From the NCBI GenBank assembly GCA_000165425.1, contig CT868008.1, positions 1 through 64,000 on the forward strand: a DNA stretch of 64,000 bases, given 5' to 3'. The notes beneath the pieces are model-generated. The model worked only from the letters and a program-made list of their open reading frames with translations, had not been told where the DNA came from and ran no database searches. Below, one piece after another: positions 24,479-38,027 of this stretch. The DNA is from Paramecium tetraurelia. Its lineage: Eukaryota. The position numbers and the translations under genes are program-made. Each line of letters opens with the position of its first letter. Positions within the stretch are counted from its first letter, which is position 1.

Positions 24479-26343
24479 ATGAATTAAGACACAACTAATG
24501 TGATTTTGGTAGTGATCACAAACAAAGCTAATAAGACTCTAGGACATGATAAATACTATAAAGTATTTAGTCAATTTGGGACAATCCAACGAGTAAATAT
24601 CTCCATCTTACTAAAATTTAGATGCTAATTTTTGAGAGATCATTAACTTGGAAGACATTTGTTGAATTCGAATTTCCTGAATCTGCCAACAAAGCCAGAT
24701 AGATCATGAATGATAAATTGTTCTGCGATGATCCCTAATTGCCAATGAATGTGTATGCTAGTAAACTAACTTATATCACATTCCAAGAAAACAACACTGG
24801 TGGAGTTGGTATTGCCTTTAATTTACCCTAGATTACACATAACTAAGGAAATCTCAGTAGCCAGCCTCTTAAACACCGTAGTAATAGATGCCTATTCAGT
24901 TGTTGTAATCGCAAATGCAATTTTAGAATTAAATGTCTTAATAAATTCAACAAATCAATTCAGTCATGGGATAACTGCAATTAGTAAGTGCTGAAGGATT
25001 TTCTATCGCTACAGTTTCATCCATTGATCTCTAATCTCAAATTGAGAAATAGTAGTAATTGCTTAACTAAATCTTTGAATACTAAACCAATTTCTAACAT
25101 TTAACTGATCAATATCAAAATTTTCTACAAGGAGTAAATAAATCTGAGGATTCTCAATCAATAAGTGTTTAATAAAAATAATCAAACAGGAAAAAATTAA
25201 CTTTGCCAGCTGAACAATAGAACAAAAATGATCAAATAGAATTTTTGCAAAGCTATTAAGATAATAATAATATTGAAACACTTGACAATTGTCAGGAAGA
25301 TGACTTAAAGTTTTAAGACTTATGTCTGAAAGAATCAGATGAGGAGATAGTTGGTTCTGAAGAAATTGATGATGAAGATGATGAAGATTAACATAATGAA
25401 TTTCTAAAGTACTTCGAATCCAACTCAGAAAACAAGAATTAATTTTCAAATTTTCAATCAGCTTTCGAAAAACCATAATAACAAACCTAAATTGTTTAAT
25501 AAATTTCATAACCAATATCTTAACCACCCTAGAGATAGGATTAGGATCAATACAGAAACAAAATGATTAAAATGCCTGTCTCCAAGAGTATGACCTTACA
25601 ATAAGTAGAAAGATAGCAATTTGAAAAGATGTAATCTAGTGCTGATAATTTAGATGATAATTCTAAATCACTTCAATGTATTAATTTCATTTAAAATAAT
25701 TAGAAGCCAAGAGATCAAAGGTTATCTATGCAAGATGGTTCGATAAAAAAGTAGTTACTTCCCAAATGCTCTACAATTTATTTAGTATATATGGCAATAT
25801 TGATAAAATGATCTATTTAAAGGAAAGATCAAGTGCTTTAATACAATATATGACATATGATTATGCAGCTATCGCTAAAGAATCTCTCAATGATATCATG
25901 TTCTATGGACAATCAATCAAAGTATTTTACAATATTTAATAAAGATATTTTTTTCAAATTACGACGAAATATCTTTAAAAACCTAACCTAGCAAGCCAGG
26001 TGAGTACACTTAAGATCTTAAAGCTTAAGAGGAGTATTTTTAGGGAGGAGAAGAAACTCATCGAATCAAACCTGATAGTACCTACACTCTAGCACCTCCA
26101 TGTGACACTATCTAAGTGTCTAACTTAACTAAGAATTCTTGTTAATTAAATATACTCTAATAGTATTTACAAGAGTATGGAATCATCAAGTAGTCCAAAA
26201 TCATCACAAATGCAATGAAATACATGGCCATTCTCAAATTTGCTAGCACCGAAATTGCTTTAACAGTTTTGGTGAAAAATAATGGACTGGAATTAGATGG
26301 TAAACCCATCCAAATTAATTTCTCAAAATAAAAACTAATCTGA
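24479..26343 (+). CDS. PTB/hnRNP-L family multi-RRM RNA-binding protein
   Basis: TNVILVVITN...VFSQFGTIQRMLIFE...TFVEF; NLFSIYGNIDKMIYLKERSSALIQY; APPCDTIQVSNL. Confidence 0.85.
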
Positions 26344-26435
26344 TTTTGTATCCAAAAGAGAGATGACTTATAGAAATAGCTCTTCATAACTATAAAACAT
26401 AATTATTATTAAATCAATTAATCAATATTCTTTTT

Positions 26436-29339
26436 TCAATTCAGTAGTTTTGTCCATTCTTTTTCATTCTCCTCTAAACACTTCAAAGCAACCGACAATC
26501 CATTATTCAAAATTGAAGATGTTAATACATATAATGGTTAGATGATATTCTAAGATATAATTAATCAAATACTCTGATAAATGACAATTCTTATTTTGGT
26601 AAATTTTAGCATACTAAATGTTAAGTAACTGGCAATCCTAATAATCTCTCTTCTTCCACTTGATTATCGAACTCATTCTATATTCTTATTGACCATTTCT
26701 TAGTAATTTCAAATCTCTTAGTTGGCTAAGTCAAATCACAAGTGTGGACAATTAAACCTGATAACACTCTTTTAGTTTCCATATTAAGGATATTCATTTC
26801 TCCATTTTTATACTTAATTTCAAATGATGACACTAAATCGAAGTGCTTTTTCATATCAGTTGCTAAGATATTGGAAACCATAAATCTCCTGACTTTTTGG
26901 AATTGTTCTTGAGAGAGATTAGATAAAATATTGTATTTCTCTCTCTGCATAATCTTAAAGGTCATTGCTGCATGGTGATTCTCCAACACACTTTCATCAT
27001 TGTATCGAACTGCCAATTTAGACATTCTTGCAACTTCGAATCCATTTGTTCTGCCTGTGTGATCTATATCATGACATAAAGAAGATAAAATAGCTGCAAA
27101 CTATTCAGTTTAATCTAAATATTCATCTAATAGTTTATTCTTTATCATATAATAGCATGCATGAGCCACAGTAAACCCATGCTCAAAATTATGAAAAGGG
27201 TTGCGACGACTGTTGTATCTCTCTTCTATTGCAACTAAAAATTGGAAAAATGTTTCCTTATATATTTGGTATTTATCAAAATAGTTTAATAAATGAAACA
27301 ATGCCCAAGTATAATGTTTTATTTAATCTTTCTAAACTGTGATATCAAAACACCAATTGCCCAAATTTTCTAAATCATCAGGTCTTAATTAAAATAGTTC
27401 CATTTCTATGTTTATTTAGATACTTTAATACTTTTTGCATTAGTCAATTATTGTTCTTGAATCAAAGTTTTAGTTGCGAATGGAGTATCAGGTTCGCTTA
27501 TTGTCCTACGATAAGTTTACACTTATTCAGAGTTTCTATAATATTCTAAGACGTAAGTTTATCTGATGTCTTCAGTTATTTATTCTTTTTGTTCGATAAT
27601 TGTCATCAATGCATGTTCTTTGAGCATATCAATAATCTCATCCATTTATAGATTCAGATTTAATGTCTCTTGTAGAACCAAGCATGCTTTCTCTATTTTC
27701 TCCTATTTCAAGCTTGCAAGTGTTTCTGATACTTTTATCTCACTTTTAGATTGTCGTTGGGATTCGAATCTTTTTTTTGGTTGATCAAAAACAATAAAGA
27801 ACTAATTAATTTCATTTTTCTCGTCTTTTTTTACGTAAATTGCTATATCAACATATTTATCATGATATATGATTTAGCCAGCATCGATTGCACCTTTCTT
27901 ACTCTTTTAAACTTCCTCTAAGGATGAGAGTAACATAGTTTTGTAGATTTCTTCCATTTTGATTTCTGTTAAATTTTAGTAACAATCAATTAATTAATTG
28001 CTAAGATCTAAGAAATTCCATGAAGATGGAACAGAACCACTCTAATAAATAATATTTAGATGTAGATCAGAAGCAATTACTAATTTGGTTGGTGTACTTA
28101 CTTCAATAATTTAATATAGAAATTCTTTATCCTTTAATTCTCTTAAGGAATGCTTAAAATGTTACCATAGTTATGACATCTAATTTAGATGAGATGGATA
28201 AATACAAAATCTGCAAAAGTGATTATATCCAAGGAGACATTCTCCATATGCAAATAGAATTAAACGACATGATTCGACATAACTGGAATAAAACACTTGG
28301 TTTGGTTTTCTAAAATAGCGAAACTAGTGTCTTTTGAGTGTTTGGTTGATTAAATAATTTCACTTTTAATAATATTAAAATGTTACCATTTAGTGTTGAG
28401 TTTCCTTTCGATTTCATTTCTAATGCATTCCTAAAATAAGATTGGAGCATTTTTAATTAAAAATTAGCCAATGGCTCTGACTGAATTGATTAAGTCATCT
28501 TTACTAAATGATAAGTAAGCAGAAATGATTACTGGTAATTCTCATTCAAGTAGTCATAACCTATAGTAATAAGTTGATCGCATATGAGTTTAATTTGATG
28601 AGGTTTGGATTATGGCAATTTGGCCTAATTTTATGCTTCGTAGATGATGAGTGAAGAATGGGTTTAAGCATTCAATTTTTATGGCACTCTGATAACCTAT
28701 AAAGAACTGCATTTGAATATCTATTGTAATTGCCCAGTGGGTTAGAAAGTGATGATTTCAAGTTGATCGCCACGGAATTATTAGTAAAGCTGTAATTTCT
28801 ATTGTTCTGTTAGTTATGACTATTTTGAGAATATTAGTTTACCTCAATAAATTCGTCAGTAGAGACACTTTCTACAGATTTTTCTTAAAATCGGAGCAAA
28901 GTGAAATTATTGCTACCCAAAATAATATTGCTAATTTGTCTTAGTACATCCTTCATGGTTGTTTTATTCATAGTTTAATTCAAGATATAGAGAATCAGCT
29001 TATCCAAATGGTTGAAGTTAGACTTGATAATTATTAAATGAGATACTGTAATAGATTCCATTTTCGTCTCTATAATTGAACACAATTCTTCTTAGATTTA
29101 TAGATTAACTGTCACTGCTCTGCTTAGGTATTATCTTAATATGAATTGTCAATTAGTTACTTGATTCTGCTTTCCTCTGAATAGATTGAATTGAGAAACT
29201 TACACTCCTGAAGTCTGGACTGTAAGTGATGCAATTGTGCTAGATCCTTAAGAGTAAGACTAAGTTTAATCTTGCCAGTTTCAGTTTCTCTTAAAAGGGT
29301 ATCCAACTCTTGAATAGCCCTCATAAACCGTTCTTACAT
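26436..29339 (-). CDS. Class I 3',5'-cyclic nucleotide phosphodiesterase with long N-terminal region
   Basis: NPFHNFEHG, HDIDHTGRTN, YNDESVLENHH, ILATDMKKH, HTCDL motifs. Confidence 0.93.
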
Positions 29340-29343
29340 TAAA

Positions 29344-30497
29344 TCAATTTATTTATTATATTTCAAATATTCTCAAGTATCCGTCACCACCTGAGAATGC
29401 AAATCTAGAATCTTTATGTGCCCAATCCACAGTATTGACTTCTCTGCAAAGATCATGGATGCATATTTAAGCATTGTCAAAATCTTGTGAATCAAAGATT
29501 CTCACTTCATTCTCACCTGATCCTCCAGCCAAAGTCAATTGATTATCAAACTATCTTGAGAATTATCCACTATACAATTAGCACGGTTGATTACTAACCT
29601 TTATCTGAGAATTCCAATCAAAATTACAAATAAGTTTACAAGTTCTAAGATCCCAAGTTTGCAACTGTTTCTCTTATGACCATGATGCTGTTAACAATTG
29701 TTATCCATCAAATGACTCTCTCATATCTATACCATCACCACAAATCAATGGACCGTAAATCTGATTAGCTTCTGGCTTCTTTTATCTGATATCCCATATT
29801 AAAACTCTGTAATCCCAACCACCTGATATCAACATATTCGGATTTTGAGGATGAAATTTAACACAATAAACTGTATATATACTATTTAATTTATACCTCT
29901 GTTATTATGACCTGGAGGCTATGTTTGTTCTACTCCTAATCTAACATCAACCACTCTTTTCTCTTCATCATGTATACGAATGATAGGATTCAATCCACAT
30001 ACTGCCAATTTTGTTGCATCTTAATTGTAATCTATACAATAGATATCAGAATTGTCCTCCTTCATTGTTCCCAAACATTTCCCACTAGTCATATGCCAAT
30101 GTTGCACTTCACCCTTTGTGTTTCCAGTTACAAAGATGTTTCTAGTCTTAAATTGCTATGCTTGAGGTCTCCATTTCACGTATGAAAATGGAATGTTTGG
30201 CATAAGAGAGTTTATCAAATAAGACAGTTACCTTTTCCTGACATTGAAAATTCGAACCGTCCCATTTTCACAAGCACAAGCAATGTATTTATCTTCAGCA
30301 TCCCATTTCACACTATATATTTTAGTTCCTGGCACTCCCAATACGAAACTCTCCTTCTCATCTAATCTCAATTGAGTTTTTGAATTGTATTTCACCTAAT
30401 ATTTATCACTAATAGGCTTCTCCTCCTTTATTACGTGTTAAGGTTATTATTCCTCTGCATTCTGCTATTCCTTATTATTCTTGGGCTTAGGCCTCAT
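29344..30497 (-). CDS. WD40-repeat protein
   Basis: IYSVKWDAEDKYIACACENGTVRIF; GHNNRVYCVKFHPQNPNMLISGGWDYRVLIWDIR; FSGGDGYLRIF. Confidence 0.9.
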
Positions 30498-30564
30498 TAT
30501 AATATTATTTTTATTAATATATAAATTAAAATCCTCTTACTTATAAAAATATTAATATTTTTAA

Positions 30565-31301
30565 ATGAATCAATAATAGAATTAGCAAGAAGGAGTCTCA
30601 TTTCCACCTTCAATGTCTTAACAACCACCAAAATAGTTTGGAAGTCAATTCGGAATACTTCCATAACCTGCAAATCAACCTGTAGTTCAACCTCCAATAA
30701 ACAATTTTGGAATCATTCCTTAATTCCCACCACCTAATACCCAAGCATCAAACCAACAAACCAAACCACCCTAATTAGCATTCAATCTCCAGAATAAATA
30801 ATAATAGATCCCTCCAATAATACCAAGTTAGCCTTAATCTAATTTTATATAACAAAATAACCCTAGTAATAAACCAATGTAATTTTAAAATCCCCAGCCA
30901 AACTTTGGTTAGATTCCCTAAGGTGGCTAAAATCCTCCAAATTTTTCAAAGATACCCTTCCCAAAGGCTGATCCTAATACTAATAATAATAATAAGTTTA
31001 ATCCATAGAATCCCACCTTTGCACCAAACTAAAATAATCCCTAATTTCCGATGCCCAACAAATTCCCATAACCAATGAACAACAATATTGTTGCTTCTCA
31101 AGTATTTAAATTCTCAGTATTATTTAGCCAAAATATGATCCGATGATTGTTAAAGATGAATATGATAAAATGAAATTAGTAGAAAATTTTACAAAATACA
31201 TAGGGGAAGGAAACTTTAATTGGGCTATTGAATGTTTGAAGCAAATCATAAGTAATGATATCAGAGTAAAAATTAAAGATGGATAAAAGAATAGTAATTG
31301 A
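30565..31301 (+). CDS. Protein with P/Q/N/F-rich low-complexity N-terminus and small helical C-terminal domain
   Basis: MNQQQNQQEGVSFPPSMSQQPPKQFGSQFG...; intron ~31102-31127; C-term LVENFTKYIGEGNFNWAIECLKQII. Confidence 0.75.
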
Positions 31302-31572
31302 TACATATACATGATATCCCACATAAATTATTATGAATATTAATTGAAATCTAACAAATAAAAGTTTGAGGCGATTAAATTTCTATTAAGTAAAACATAT
31401 AAATTAGAGAGATTTTTATTCCTGAATTAAAAACAAAAATCTTTTATTTGACGGAACTGGTTAATGGAGATGCTGTCTTCATTAGTACTTGTGGAATATA
31501 AATCAACTTAAGGTTTTATGAATTTTAACTCCAAAGATTCTTATTTAATATTTGTTATGTTATATATCAATT

Positions 31573-32919
31573 TCAAACCTCCGTAAACATTTGATTCTTA
31601 TCTAAATCTAACCAATAATTCCTCTCTGCTTAAGCTTTCTGAACTTAATATTGTGCCATCTGTTTTAATAATTAGTAATAATTTTTCTCTTTCTCTTGCT
31701 TAATAAGTTGAAATAATGAATACTTTATATCTAGGCAGAATGATATATCCAAGGATTATGGTTATCATATCACATAAGATAGTTAATTGTTCAATCTCTT
31801 TTTGGATCTTTGGATAATTTATAATTAAGGTGTTACATTATCAATTTATTGCTATGTTTTTTAGATGAATTCTTCCTTATTTGAATTGAATAAAGATTTC
31901 AATGTAGTTTTACCATTTTCAATGTCTTTTTTCTCATTGTTCAAACTACATAATTTAGTCATATAGTTTTGTTTAATTTACTCATATTTATCCTTACATA
32001 GTATAGCATCAAGCACAGCATCAATGTCTCTAGTTTCTATTTTGATAGACAATGCAAAATTGTCCAGAGCACTCTTTTCATTGGCTGCTCGCTAATAATT
32101 AAAAACTAAAAAACATATTATTGGTATAAATCTGTGTTATGTTAAACAAACACAAGTTTATTCTCTGGATTCACAACATATTCGGTTAAACAATTCTTTT
32201 CATATTCTGGCATTAAATAGTCCAATAATAGATTCATATTATCTTGACATTGTAACCTTGAATATTAATGAATATGTCTACCTCGATTGAACAAGTTATT
32301 TGGCTTATTATTAAAAGGTTTCTAATTATGGTTAAATCCTCTTTAAGAACAAAGAGAAATTGCCAATCTTAGAGAGTAATTGATCATTGATCTCCTTGCC
32401 TGAAAAATCGTTGAATATTGTTTCGTATTTGTAGATGATATCACCAGCAGATGGTTTTTATAATGCAACTAATTGCTAGAGGAATATTAATACATGATTA
32501 CTTTTTCAATATCGCCACCGGCTTTTATAAATACTTTAGTTTCTTCAGAATACCATAAATGATTAATTGTTGATATCTTCCCCATAAAAAGATTGAGATA
32601 ATGCATTCTCTCATCAATGAACTTTTAATCCATATTTCCCTTTTGATAAGGTTACAACACTTACGACTGGTTTCTTTATAGGTAAAGGAGGGACATAGCA
32701 TCCAGGCCATCGTATTTGAAGAGTTATTCTACATAGTATTTGAACTTACCTATAACAATCAAATTCATTGAATCGACGCACTACACAAAATTGGCCCTCT
32801 TTATCTTAACCTTTGAGTGTGTAAACTACATAATTCTTTAGTCCATCTTTCTTTACAATGGGATCACACACTTGAACTTCAATTCCTAAATTCAATGTTT
32901 CCTCTGTTTATTGGTCCAT
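31573..32919 (-). CDS. Sorting nexin (PX-BAR)
   Basis: VQVCDPIVKKDGLKNYVVYTL...VVRRFNEF...RWPGCYVPPLP (PX domain); helical BAR-like C-terminus ending QAERNYWL. Confidence 0.88.
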
Positions 32920-33710
32920 TTAATATTTTAATAATATATATCATTAAGAATCTATATATTTTTTAATTTCTTCTGGTAGGTCTAAATATATCTGAAGAGT
33001 TTTGAGATATTAATATCATAATAAAAATCAGATCTTCAACGAGCATGAACACCTGGAACTTAATTGTATTGTTTTTTCATTTTTCTTAGATAAATCATCG
33101 TGGTAGCCATTTGATTTAGATTTAAATCCCTAGATCTCTAAACATATAGTCTATTCTATATATTATACTTATTAGAATTATGACATCCTTCGATTATTGA
33201 AATTTATAACATGACTTTTATGAATTTCGATTACTCTCTATCTTGGTCAGTACCAATTATATACTTTATTACTATTATCCTCGATTTATTTTGTAATACT
33301 AAGTATTTACTTTTTCAAAATAGAGATTGTTGAACTTAATATTATTCCTTATTATAATCAGTATATCTTAACCAAAGATATAACTAAATATATGAATTAC
33401 TAAGATAAATTTAGAAGATAAATGAAGATTTAAAAAATTAGTTCAAAAGACAAAAATAAGATATTGTTATAAAATTTGAGTTAGGATTGAATATATGTGC
33501 TTATAATGATGAGGAACTTTAGTTAACAAGAGAACCAAAAAAATGAATCAAAACTTAGTAAATAGTGGTATTATTATTTAGAGCATAGAGTAACTATGGA
33601 ATAAGTAGAGGATTGTAACTACTTAAAATAAATAGAACATATAATCACATTGATTTTGGGATAGGGCATCAAAAGATAAATACTAACAAATTATTTGATT
33701 TATATTAATA

Positions 33711-34178
33711 ATGTTATAAACTCTATTTATTGTCGTTTTGCTCTTTCTGCTTCTAACTTTCGCAGGATTATATTTGAGAAAATTTTTTAGAAACAAACCT
33801 GTGACAATGTAAAATTAAGGTTAAGGAGAGATAAATTCTGATTATCCAATTAGTTTCCAGAATCAAGTAGTTTAATCTGATTCTAAAGAAAAATCAAATC
33901 AGAAGTAAAATATTAAAATGAAAGTTTCTAAGACTGCTGCTACAATCAGCAAAAATAAAAAATAGAAGCCAAGAAAAGCTAAACAGTAAGAAATGGAGGC
34001 TGCATTTTAATTTGATGCTGATAGTGAAAATGAAAATGATAGCATAAGAAGTTCATCTCATAATGAAAAATAACAATCTGTAAATTAGAGAGAATAAGAA
34101 GGCTTTAATTTTCAATAAATATCACATAATCTTTAAGAATTAGTTACTCCAACTGAAGGAATGTGTTAAGAAATTTGA
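33711..34178 (+). CDS. Small N-terminally membrane-anchored hypothetical protein (155 aa)
   Basis: MLQTLFIVVLLFLLLTFAGLYLRKFF followed by polar disordered sequence; intronless ORF. Confidence 0.75.
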
Positions 34179-34919
34179 GTTTATTATAATTATCATTCTA
34201 CGAAATTCAAAGCATCTAGATTTTGTGTTACAGAGTGATTATTGCTTACTATTTTGAAGCAATTAGTCTCAATTTATAATCCTTAAAAATAGTGGAAAAG
34301 TATTATTTTTATCTTAAAATATTTGAATTTCATACTCAATACTTTTGAATGGAACTTATTATCTTAATACAGATTATAATATATCTTCATTTTTATACCA
34401 CTAAATTCTTTGAGATAATAATTAATGATTTTTATTAAATCAATATCTATATTAATTAAATGAATCGACTTTGTTCTATGTAATATTAAATGAGTAAATT
34501 AATCCAAATCGATACATTTTCAAAATATTTTGTTACATCATTTCTATAGAAATAATTAATTACTGGAAGTAATGTCCTAACTCTATATCATGATCTAAAT
34601 CCCCTTGTAATTGTGTTGATTGCCAACATCCCTAAGAATTATCTCTATTTCTAATAACAGACACTTATTATATGAATTTAAGGTTATTAATAGTAAGATA
34701 TTTGTGATCATTGAAGTATAGGAATTGCAGAATTTATTTAATTCGTTAAACATAATTTGTTAGATGATGGTCCAGGTATTTTTAAATTTAGTAATCCCGG
34801 CAATTTCTAATGTTTAATAATATTATTAAAATACGCATTATCTTTAATTTATATAGTCTGGATTGGCTTTAATAATATTATTAAGATTTAAAAATAAGAT
34901 ATTAATTACTTTATTTAAA

Positions 34920-35518
34920 ATGAATTAACAAATTTCATGTGATGAATTTGATAGCAATCATTCTACAAAGAGTTGGTATAACCCATTTATTATTGATTTA
35001 GTGAGAGTAATTCAGATGAATAATTGGATGAAGTAATGCCAACCCAAAAAAATAACAAAAAGGTTTCCTACAAAGTAAAAGTTAAAACTGAAGTAAATTT
35101 GTTAATAAATCCTGTTTAGATTTGTAAATATTGGGCCATTGAAGGATATTGTCCTTATGGTTAATAGGTATTCTATAAAATTAACATTAGTGTGCCTTTG
35201 CTCACGGAAAGGACGAAGTGAGATAAAAAGTCCATGTTCCCTCTAATTACAAGACTAAAACTTGTAAAAATTACACTTAAGATGGGTATCAATAATATTT
35301 AATATTAAAAGTTATTGTTGTTACGGAGAAAGATGTCAATTCAAGCATCCTGAGAAGAAGACAAACAAATTACCAACTATCCCTTACTAAATATTGCTAG
35401 CCAATATCAATCTCTTGTTCGCTTCTAAAAGGTATATATTTATAATAATGTTAGTAAATTATAAAAAAGAAGTAAAGGATTACCAAAATTAATAAAAGAT
35501 GTGAACACTTCTAAATGA
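34920..35518 (+). CDS. Tandem CCCH zinc-finger protein (TIS11/TTP type)
   Basis: KTEICKYWAIEGYCPYGQQCAFAHG and YKTKTCKNYTQDGYCCYGERCQFKH; five tiny introns. Confidence 0.92.
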
Positions 35519-36118
35519 TAAAGTACTGTATTTATATCTTTGTAAATAAGAAATAATCATTATTAAATCCATTTCTTTATAATTATCTACGCTAACCATT
35601 TTCTTGGTTTTGGTATTAAATTCAGCAAACATTTTGTTGTTCAAATTCTTTTCTACAAATAGGATTCGGATAAATATAGTCTTATAAGAATCTAATGAAG
35701 GAATATCAATTTGATTAAAGTAGAATGTAGAAATAGGGTTAAAGATTTCTATTCTAAAAAGATAAAGCTCGTTTTTATAATTGAAAAATTAAAATTAGTC
35801 CAAAATCGCTTTGGGTTCTAATAACTGATTTGAAAATTTTATTTCTTTCTTCTGACCTCCAAATTAAATTATCGATTTTTGTAATTACATTAAGATAGCT
35901 TCCTAATTATACTACTTGTATATAAATTTTGTTAATTAGAGTATAATTTGAATAAAATTAGGTTTATTTTAAATAATATTCTTTTTCGATAGGGAAACAA
36001 GAAAGCATACAACATTTAAGTTAACAATAAGAAACTTGAATAAAGATATACAACACTACAGAATCCTGTTTATAAAGTTTTATATTTTATATTATATAAC
36101 ATAACATAAGTCTATCCG

Positions 36119-36665
36119 TCAATCTGAACTTTGCATTGGCTATATTTTGACCAAATTTTCATTATCTCTTTACATCTAAAATTCTTCATCTGTTTTATGC
36201 ATTTTAGGAGAGAGGCAGGATTTTATATATTCAGAACTTTTTCCTAAAATTTTAATGAAATTCTACCTCTTATTTTCATAGCAAACTGTGCACAAGATAG
36301 ATCTACTAATGTATTTATACCAAGAAACTCTGCAGCTTAAATAATATGAAGTAATTCCTCTAATTCCAGATTAGTAATATATTCAGCATCTTTAAAACTC
36401 AAGACTTCATACCTAATATTAAGAATATTAATTACAAGTTATTTGATAACAAAGGCTTCTAAATTTTAGGGATAATATCATCCCCTTTATGCATTTCACA
36501 ATACTAAACCACCTTTTTCAATATACTGCTGTTTATGGAAGTTAAATTTAATGTCTCAGTATTTTTGTTACTAACCTTACTACAATATTTTAATGTATTT
36601 TCAGTAATCTAATTTAGAATAATAGATACTTCAAAAGCTTGACCATCTTAGGTGATAAATTTCAT
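36119..36665 (-). CDS. Skp1 family protein (divergent)
   Basis: MKFITQDGQAFEV; INSSILKKVVQYCEMH; LLHIIQAAEFLGINTLVDLSCAQFAMKIRGKS. Confidence 0.85.
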
Positions 36666-37133
36666 AGTTTATTTTAATTAAGGATCAGATTGATTAAAGT
36701 TTTAATTACATTATTATTCAATAAAAATGGAATTTATTCTATTCAAAATAGAATCATAAATTTCAATTTAATTTATTTAAATTTGGAGGTTGTCGCTATT
36801 TCCAATCAAATTCCAATAGATAACATTATAATATTGAAATAAAGTAACAGATTTATTGTAAATGATATTAATTCCAATAAACACCAAGAGTTATTCTAAA
36901 AATTTTGAGTATGTTAATCTTATTCATTCTAGTTGAATTATTCTATCTGAAAATATTTTCATTGTACTTTTTACCAATTAAAGAATGCAAAATGTATATA
37001 TTCAATTGTGGCAAAGTTTCAAACAATGATACTTACTATTTTTGTATTATCTCCTTCAATTATATCGATAGATTTAATAACCTTAACAATGTAACCAGAT
37101 AGAATTTAAGTTGAGATAATTCAATTATAAAAA

Positions 37134-38027
37134 TCAAATTAATATTAAATAGAAACACTTAATTAATAAAGCTAATTTCAATAGAAATTATTAGTATATT
37201 GACTATTTTGTAATCAATTTAAAAAAAGGAAACAAATATGCATATACTTTTTCAAATTGTTGATTGTTCAATTAAAAGAAGATTTAAATGGTTGAAATTA
37301 TTGTTATAAATTTATTAAAAAAGAAACTATCAGAAATCAAGCAACAATTTTATAATGCTCTGCACTATGATTATTTCCCCTTGATTTGTTTAAGTGCTGT
37401 GTTAATGGATATTTAATCGGTGATTTTGTTGTTGCTGAATAACCTTCTTTTGATTACAGAATTTTTGCAATTGCGTATAGCTTATCTGTAGAAACAGAAT
37501 AATTAAACTACAATTCCTTTATTTTACTCAATAATAGATGCTTGTTAAATTCTTCTGTCAATTACTATATTAACTTGAAAAATACTTGTTATTTGGCACT
37601 TTATTACTATGATGTTTTATTAATCAAGGATTGTTAACTAGTAAGATTAGGGACTGCAATTTTAGGACTGGCTATATTGTCCATTTGTGAAATCTTTTAC
37701 AATATGTTGGTGCCTTAAATTTAAATTATCAATTTCAATACTGTTCTTTGACACTGATGAGGAAACTATTCTAGGTGATGAAGCAGCAGTGATATTTCTA
37801 GCTACCTATCTTTAACTTGAACTTTATCTCTCATTTTTTGTTGGTGTTAAATTTTCATAAGTCATTCTATTTATTAAGGTATAAATTTTCCCATAATCAA
37901 GAGGTTAAGTTTATAATAAACTTAAAAATTATTCCCAACTTTCTGAAATGTACGCTTATTAATTTTATGGATAATATATCAAATTGATTCTAATGAACTA
38001 ATCAAATAGAGCAAAAAGAGAGTCCAT
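37134..38027 (-). CDS. Hypothetical protein
   Basis: Long TGA-free ciliate-code frame MDSLFALFDQFIRINLIYYPQNQQAYISESWEQFLSLLQ...; 3' end and introns uncertain. Confidence 0.55.

Noticed and set aside
22857..25527. Hydrophobic minus-strand ORFs in the track (22857-23081, 23407-23658, 25063-25527)
   Set aside because: Antisense shadows of the coiled-coil and PTB-like genes
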